Below are positions 60,023-64,000 of a stretch of DNA of 64,000 nucleotides, piece by piece. The notes under the pieces were generated by a model, which worked only from the letters and a program-made list of their open reading frames with translations, did not search any database and was not told the origin of the DNA. Every line of letters begins with the position of its first letter. The first letter of the stretch is position 1. The translations under genes were made by a program, and so were the position numbers. The stretch covers positions 93,599 to 157,598 of the forward strand of contig AP018172.1 of NCBI GenBank assembly GCA_002368175.1, read 5' to 3'. Origin of the DNA: Calothrix sp. NIES-2098. GTDB taxonomy: Bacteria; Cyanobacteriota; Cyanobacteriia; Cyanobacteriales; Nostocaceae.

Positions 60023-62737
60023 ATGGTCAAGCCTAATAGCTCAAAATCCGCACGAGAACGCTTCAATATTTCTAGATTGGCGATTGAATTTTCGTGGCTG
60101 ACGGTAGGTTTTTGGATTGCCGTGACGGTAGCTGGGCTTTTGGCTTTCAGTTCCCTCAAGTATGCTTTGTTTCCAGATATCACCTTTCCTGTGGTGGTGG
60201 TAAATGCTACTGCTCCCATAGAATCAGCTCTGGATACAGAGACCAAACTCACCCAACCAATAGAACAGCGTTTGAAATCCCTGGAAGGAATTGAGGATGT
60301 TCGCTCATCTACTTATCCGGGGCAAAGTGCTGTGAGTTTGTCTTTCGTCGTTGGGACAAACCTTGAAAATTCGACTCGCCAAGTCGAGACTGCGCTCAAG
60401 AAGTTGACTCTAACTCAGGGAGCAAATTATAAAATTATTCCCCTAAACCTCAATGAGTCATCTGCCATTAGTTATGCACTTGAGAGTCCAGGTGTTAATC
60501 TCACCGATTTAACGAAGTTGGCAAAAGACAAAATTGTGCCAGCGATCGCTAAACTACCAGGAGTGCTAAAAGTAGTGCTGTTGGGTGCGCCTAGTACTTC
60601 TCCTCCGCAGCTAGCAGCTAATACAGCTGCTTTACCGGAAGGCGGGGCTACCTTAGTGCGCTTTAACGGTCAAGATGCTTTGGCATTTCAGGTAATCAAA
60701 AAAGGCACAGCCAATACTTTAGAAGTGGTGAGCCGAGTTGAGAAAGAAGTTGGCAAGCTGCGGTCTACTCTCAAAGACGTCAAACTTACCTTAGCCGCCA
60801 CTCAGGCTGAGTATATCCGCAACGCCACCCATTCCACAATCGATGCTTTGATTGAAGCAGTTGTGTTATCGGTAATTGTCATCTTTCCCTTTTTGTGGAA
60901 TTGGCAAGCTACCTTAATTTCCGCCTTGGCGATTCCCACATCTTTGTTGGCAACATTTATCGTCATGGCATTTTTCGGCTTCAATCTGGAAACGATTACC
61001 CTGTTAGCCTTGGCTTTGGTAATTGGTAGTATTGTCGATGACGCGATCGTCGATGTAGAAAACATCATGCGTCACGTTGAAGATGGTGCAACACCCCGCC
61101 AAGCTGCTCTTTCTGCTACCAATGAAATTGGCCTGACTGTCACCGCCGCAACTTTTACAGCAGTCGCGGTTTTTCTACCAATTGGGCTGATGGGTGGAGT
61201 AATAGGTCAGTTTTTCAAACCCTTCGGGATTACAGTTTCCGCCGCTATGCTAGCTTCTTTGCTAGTAGCCAGAACTTTGTCGCCAGTACTTTCTATTTAC
61301 TGGCTCAAACCCCCATCATCCCGTTCTCGTCGTCGCGAATCTAAGCTATGGATTAGTTTTGCCCAAAGTTATCGAGATTTGCTGTCTTGGTCTTTGGATC
61401 ACAAGCGCATAGTCATGAGTTTAGCTTTACTCAGCTTAATTACGGGTATCGCCATCATTCCCATGATTCCCAAGGGATTTATTCCCAAACTCGATCGCGG
61501 CGAATTTAATATTACCTACACTGCGCCTCTGCTGAGTTTACCTGAGCATTTGAAGGCAGCACAGGCACAGGCACAAGCAGGACAAGGGGGACAAGGGGAA
61601 ACAGCTAATTCACAAATTGCCAACGCCCAATCCCAACTGCCAATTTCTAACCCTTTAGACGATTCTCTACAAGTTGCCAAGAAACTGGAAGAGGTCGTCA
61701 GAAAATCACCAGCTGTACAAACAGTATTTACTACCGTTGGTTCCCGTGAGGGTGAGCCGAATAAAGGCACAATTTATGTCAAGCTTAAGGAAGACCGCAA
61801 AGTCACAACTGCGGAAGTACAAGAGCAATTGCGTAAGTCTTTACCCAATCTCCCGAATGTAACTACCAGTGTGGAAGATATTCAATTTGTGGATACGGGC
61901 GGTCAGAAACCCTTACAGTTGGCATTAAGAGGTAATGACCTCAAAGAACTCAGCAAGGCAGCGAAAGCAATTAAAGACCGATTAGTCAAGCTACCGGGTT
62001 TTGCTGATGTTACTGTAACAGGCGAAAACAATCAAAACGACCAAATTTTTCAAATCGAGCGACTAAATAATCAGCGTGTAGCCTATATCGGCGCTAACTT
62101 AGGCAAAGATATGTCCCTAGGAGATGCTACTGATAAGGTCGTAGCAGAGGCTAAAGCAGTCCTGCCCCCTGGCGTAACTTTAGACCTGGGAGGAGATTCT
62201 GCCCGTTTGGGTGAAGTTTTTGGCAGTTTTGGTACTACCTTAGCTCTCTCAGCGTTGTGTATTGTGGTCGTACTGATTTGGCTATTCAAAAGTTGGGTAG
62301 ACCCAGTAGTGATTGGCGTTTCTTTACCTTTAGCTTTAGTGGGAGCAATGCTGGCGCTGTTAATTACCAAGAGTGACTTCGGTATGATTTCCCTGATTGG
62401 CTTCGTGTTTTTGTTGGGTATCACCAATAAAAATGCCATCTTGATTGTGGACTACATCAACCAATTGCGTAACTCTGGGATGGAACGCAAAGACGCTATC
62501 CTCAAAGCCGGGCCAGTACGCCTCAGACCAATCATGATGACCACTGCGGCGACAATCTTAGGTATGGTTCCCATCGCCTTAGGTTTGGGTGCGGGTTCGG
62601 AATTGCGATCGCCTATGGCTGTAGCGATCGCGGGTGGGTTGGTAACTTCAACTGTCCTGAGTTTAATTGTGGTGCCTGTGGTCTACGCCATCTTAGACGA
62701 TCGGTTTCCCCGATTCAAAAAGAGGTGGATTCCTTGA
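60023..62737 (+). CDS. RND-superfamily transporter (904 aa), HpnN-like hopanoid-associated exporter candidate. No adjacent membrane-fusion-protein gene.
   Basis: 12-TM RND architecture with two large periplasmic loops. The conserved TM4 region LIEAVVLSVIVIFPFLWNWQATLISALAIPTSLLATFIVMAFFGFNLETITLLALALVIGSIVDDAIVDVENIMRH is present. The shorter-than-AcrB length and position between hop genes support an HpnN-like role over a tripartite efflux pump. Confidence 0.6.
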   Translation: MVKPNSSKSARERFNISRLAIEFSWLTVGFWIAVTVAGLLAFSSLKYALFPDITFPVVVVNATAPIESALDTETKLTQPIEQRLKSLEGIEDVRSSTYPGQSAVSLSFVVGTNLENSTRQVETALKKLTLTQGANYKIIPLNLNESSAISYALESPGVNLTDLTKLAKDKIVPAIAKLPGVLKVVLLGAPSTSPPQLAANTAALPEGGATLVRFNGQDALAFQVIKKGTANTLEVVSRVEKEVGKLRSTLKDVKLTLAATQAEYIRNATHSTIDALIEAVVLSVIVIFPFLWNWQATLISALAIPTSLLATFIVMAFFGFNLETITLLALALVIGSIVDDAIVDVENIMRHVEDGATPRQAALSATNEIGLTVTAATFTAVAVFLPIGLMGGVIGQFFKPFGITVSAAMLASLLVARTLSPVLSIYWLKPPSSRSRRRESKLWISFAQSYRDLLSWSLDHKRIVMSLALLSLITGIAIIPMIPKGFIPKLDRGEFNITYTAPLLSLPEHLKAAQAQAQAGQGGQGETANSQIANAQSQLPISNPLDDSLQVAKKLEEVVRKSPAVQTVFTTVGSREGEPNKGTIYVKLKEDRKVTTAEVQEQLRKSLPNLPNVTTSVEDIQFVDTGGQKPLQLALRGNDLKELSKAAKAIKDRLVKLPGFADVTVTGENNQNDQIFQIERLNNQRVAYIGANLGKDMSLGDATDKVVAEAKAVLPPGVTLDLGGDSARLGEVFGSFGTTLALSALCIVVVLIWLFKSWVDPVVIGVSLPLALVGAMLALLITKSDFGMISLIGFVFLLGITNKNAILIVDYINQLRNSGMERKDAILKAGPVRLRPIMMTTAATILGMVPIALGLGAGSELRSPMAVAIAGGLVTSTVLSLIVVPVVYAILDDRFPRFKKRWIP

Positions 62738-63762
62738 TGCAAGCCTTTGTCACTGGGGGTACGGGTTTTATTGGTGCCCACTTGGTACGGCTGTTGCTGC
62801 AAGAAGGATATGCAGTCAAAGTACTTGTACGCCCTAGCAGCAACCTAGAGAATCTCCAAGGGTTGGAGGTAGAAATTGTCAAGGGAGATTTAAACGATCC
62901 GGATCTCTGGCAGCAAATGCTTGGCTGTCAGTACCTATTTCATGTTGCAGCTCATTATTCCCTGTGGCAAACAGACCAAGAGTTACTCTACCGCCATAAC
63001 GTCCAAGGTACGCGCAATGTCTTAGCAGCAGCCCAAAAAGCTGGGATTGAACGCACTGTATATACAAGCTCCGTAGCTGCAATTGGGGTAGGGGAATCTG
63101 GTAAAGTCGTAGATGAGACTCATCAGAGTCCCTTAGAAAAATTGGTTGGTCACTACAAAAAGTCGAAATTTCTGGCAGAACAAGTAGCCATGCAAGCAGC
63201 TAGTGCAGGTCAGGAAATAGTTGTGGTCAATCCCAGTAGCCCGATTGGGCCGTTGGATATCAAACCTACGCCAACAGGTGATATTATCCTGCGGTTTTTA
63301 CGGCGGCAAATGCCATTTTATGTGGATACGGGGCTGAATTTTATTGATGTGCGAGATGTGGCCTGGGGACATTTACTAGCTTTGCAGCGAGGTAAAAAAG
63401 GCGATCGCTATATCTTAGGACATCAAAATCTAACTTTGAAGCAACTTTTAGAACAACTTGCCCAAATTACAGGTTTAAAAGCACCGCAACAAGCCGTACC
63501 TAGTTGGTTGCCCCTTAGCGTTGCTTGGGTTGATGAGAAAATTCTCGCGCCCTTAGGAAAATCGCCCTCAGTGCCATTAGATGGTGTGCGAATGGCTCAA
63601 CAACCAATGTACTACAATGCCTCAAAAGCAGTACAAGAGTTGGGCTTACCTCAGTCTTCCCTGACTACAGCACTTCAGGATGCGGTCGATTGGTTTATTA
63701 GCAGAGGATATGTCAACCCCTTAGGGGAATTCAAAATTCAAAATTCAAAATTCAAAATTTAA
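62725..63762 (+). CDS. hpnA: Hopanoid-associated NAD-dependent sugar epimerase/dehydratase HpnA.
   Basis: Rossmann motif VTGGTGFIGAHLVRLL and a YxxxK-type SDR active site (HYKKSK). Overlaps the RND gene end by 13 bp. The C-terminus is extended by a CAAAATT heptamer array. Confidence 0.75.
   Translation: MDSLMQAFVTGGTGFIGAHLVRLLLQEGYAVKVLVRPSSNLENLQGLEVEIVKGDLNDPDLWQQMLGCQYLFHVAAHYSLWQTDQELLYRHNVQGTRNVLAAAQKAGIERTVYTSSVAAIGVGESGKVVDETHQSPLEKLVGHYKKSKFLAEQVAMQAASAGQEIVVVNPSSPIGPLDIKPTPTGDIILRFLRRQMPFYVDTGLNFIDVRDVAWGHLLALQRGKKGDRYILGHQNLTLKQLLEQLAQITGLKAPQQAVPSWLPLSVAWVDEKILAPLGKSPSVPLDGVRMAQQPMYYNASKAVQELGLPQSSLTTALQDAVDWFISRGYVNPLGEFKIQNSKFKI
63730..63759. repeat. Heptanucleotide tandem repeat (TTCAAAA, 4 copies) forming the last codons of hpnA.
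   Basis: ttcaaaattcaaaattcaaaattcaaaatt, encoding ...FKIQNSKFKI. Confidence 0.75.
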
Positions 63763-63831
63763 GACCCCACATATTTATCTGGGGGCTGAGATTGTGGTGT
63801 ATTGCAACGTATCAGAGGAGTGAACAGTTCG

Positions 63832-64000
63832 ATGGCGATTAATTTACAACAAGCTATAGATATCGGGAAATATCTCGTTACTCAGCGCTTGAAAGGGCGC
63901 AAACGCTTTCCCTTAGTATTAATGTTAGAACCACTTTTCCGGTGTAATCTAGCTTGTAATGGTTGTGGTAAAATCCAACATCCACCGGAAATACTCAAGC
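63832..64000 (+). CDS. hpnH: Radical SAM adenosylhopane synthase HpnH, N-terminal fragment (continues beyond window end).
   Basis: [51 protein letters not shown] includes the CxxxCxxC radical-SAM cluster motif and a typical HpnH N-terminus. Confidence 0.75.
   Translation, partial: MAINLQQAIDIGKYLVTQRLKGRKRFPLVLMLEPLFRCNLACNGCGKIQHPPEILK

Noticed and set aside
60023-62737. Calling the RND pump a conventional AcrB-type multidrug efflux transporter.
   Set aside because: There is no membrane-fusion-protein or outer-membrane-factor gene adjacent. The protein is about 130 aa shorter than AcrB. It is embedded between hpnG, hpnA and hpnH. An HpnN-like role is more parsimonious, though unproven.

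Overview
This 64-kb window looks like chromosomal DNA from a filamentous, heterocyst-forming cyanobacterium (Nostoc/Anabaena-like). The basis is dense HIP1 GCGATCGC sites, many STRR-type heptanucleotide tandem repeats, PEP-CTERM, Uma2 and AMIN proteins, and a hopanoid gene cluster. From the 5' end, the content runs roughly as follows. (1) The N-terminal Ser/Thr kinase domain of a gene that runs off the window edge. (2) A FecCD/FecE-type ABC importer operon. (3) A J-domain plus pentapeptide-repeat protein. (4) A class-I-beta DAHP synthase preceded by two tandem leader-peptide/terminator units, with leader peptides MFNSKSYFYFWFKAVHRR and MAYFGSWFYGFYFWPRASSG. (5) An ~34.7-kb interval (8211-42903) bracketed by two identical 1251-bp IS copies in inverted orientation, each with its own 4-bp target duplication. 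This interval carries a PEP-CTERM protein, a hemerythrin-like protein, an aromatic amino-acid decarboxylase, a PRTase, three large glycosyltransferases, a metallophosphoesterase, a methyltransferase and two CPA-type antiporters. It also carries a full-length major vault protein (MVP) gene with very high similarity to eukaryotic MVP, a sulfate ABC transporter set (sbp, cysT, cysW plus a second sbp), a truncated tyrosine recombinase, thiE-thiS and a GT4 glycosyltransferase. (6) Outside the IS pair there is a DUF1517-like protein, an orphan 3-repeat CRISPR mini-array, and genes for a PPIase, an MFS (GPH) transporter, a PRTase, a Uma2 endonuclease, an AEC transporter, an M15 peptidase and an AhpD-like protein. 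(7) A hopanoid cluster: shc, HpnB-like GT2, membrane acyltransferase-like protein, hpnG, a diiron protein, an HpnN-like RND transporter, hpnA, and the start of hpnH. Two ~10-12-copy arrays of a 21-bp tandem repeat with a CAATTG core (6681-6928 and 30275-30483) generate artefactual ORFs in all frames. Heptamer STRR arrays straddle the start codons of three minus-strand genes. No tRNA or rRNA genes were recognised. All calls come from reading the sequence and ORF translations by eye; no database searches were run.
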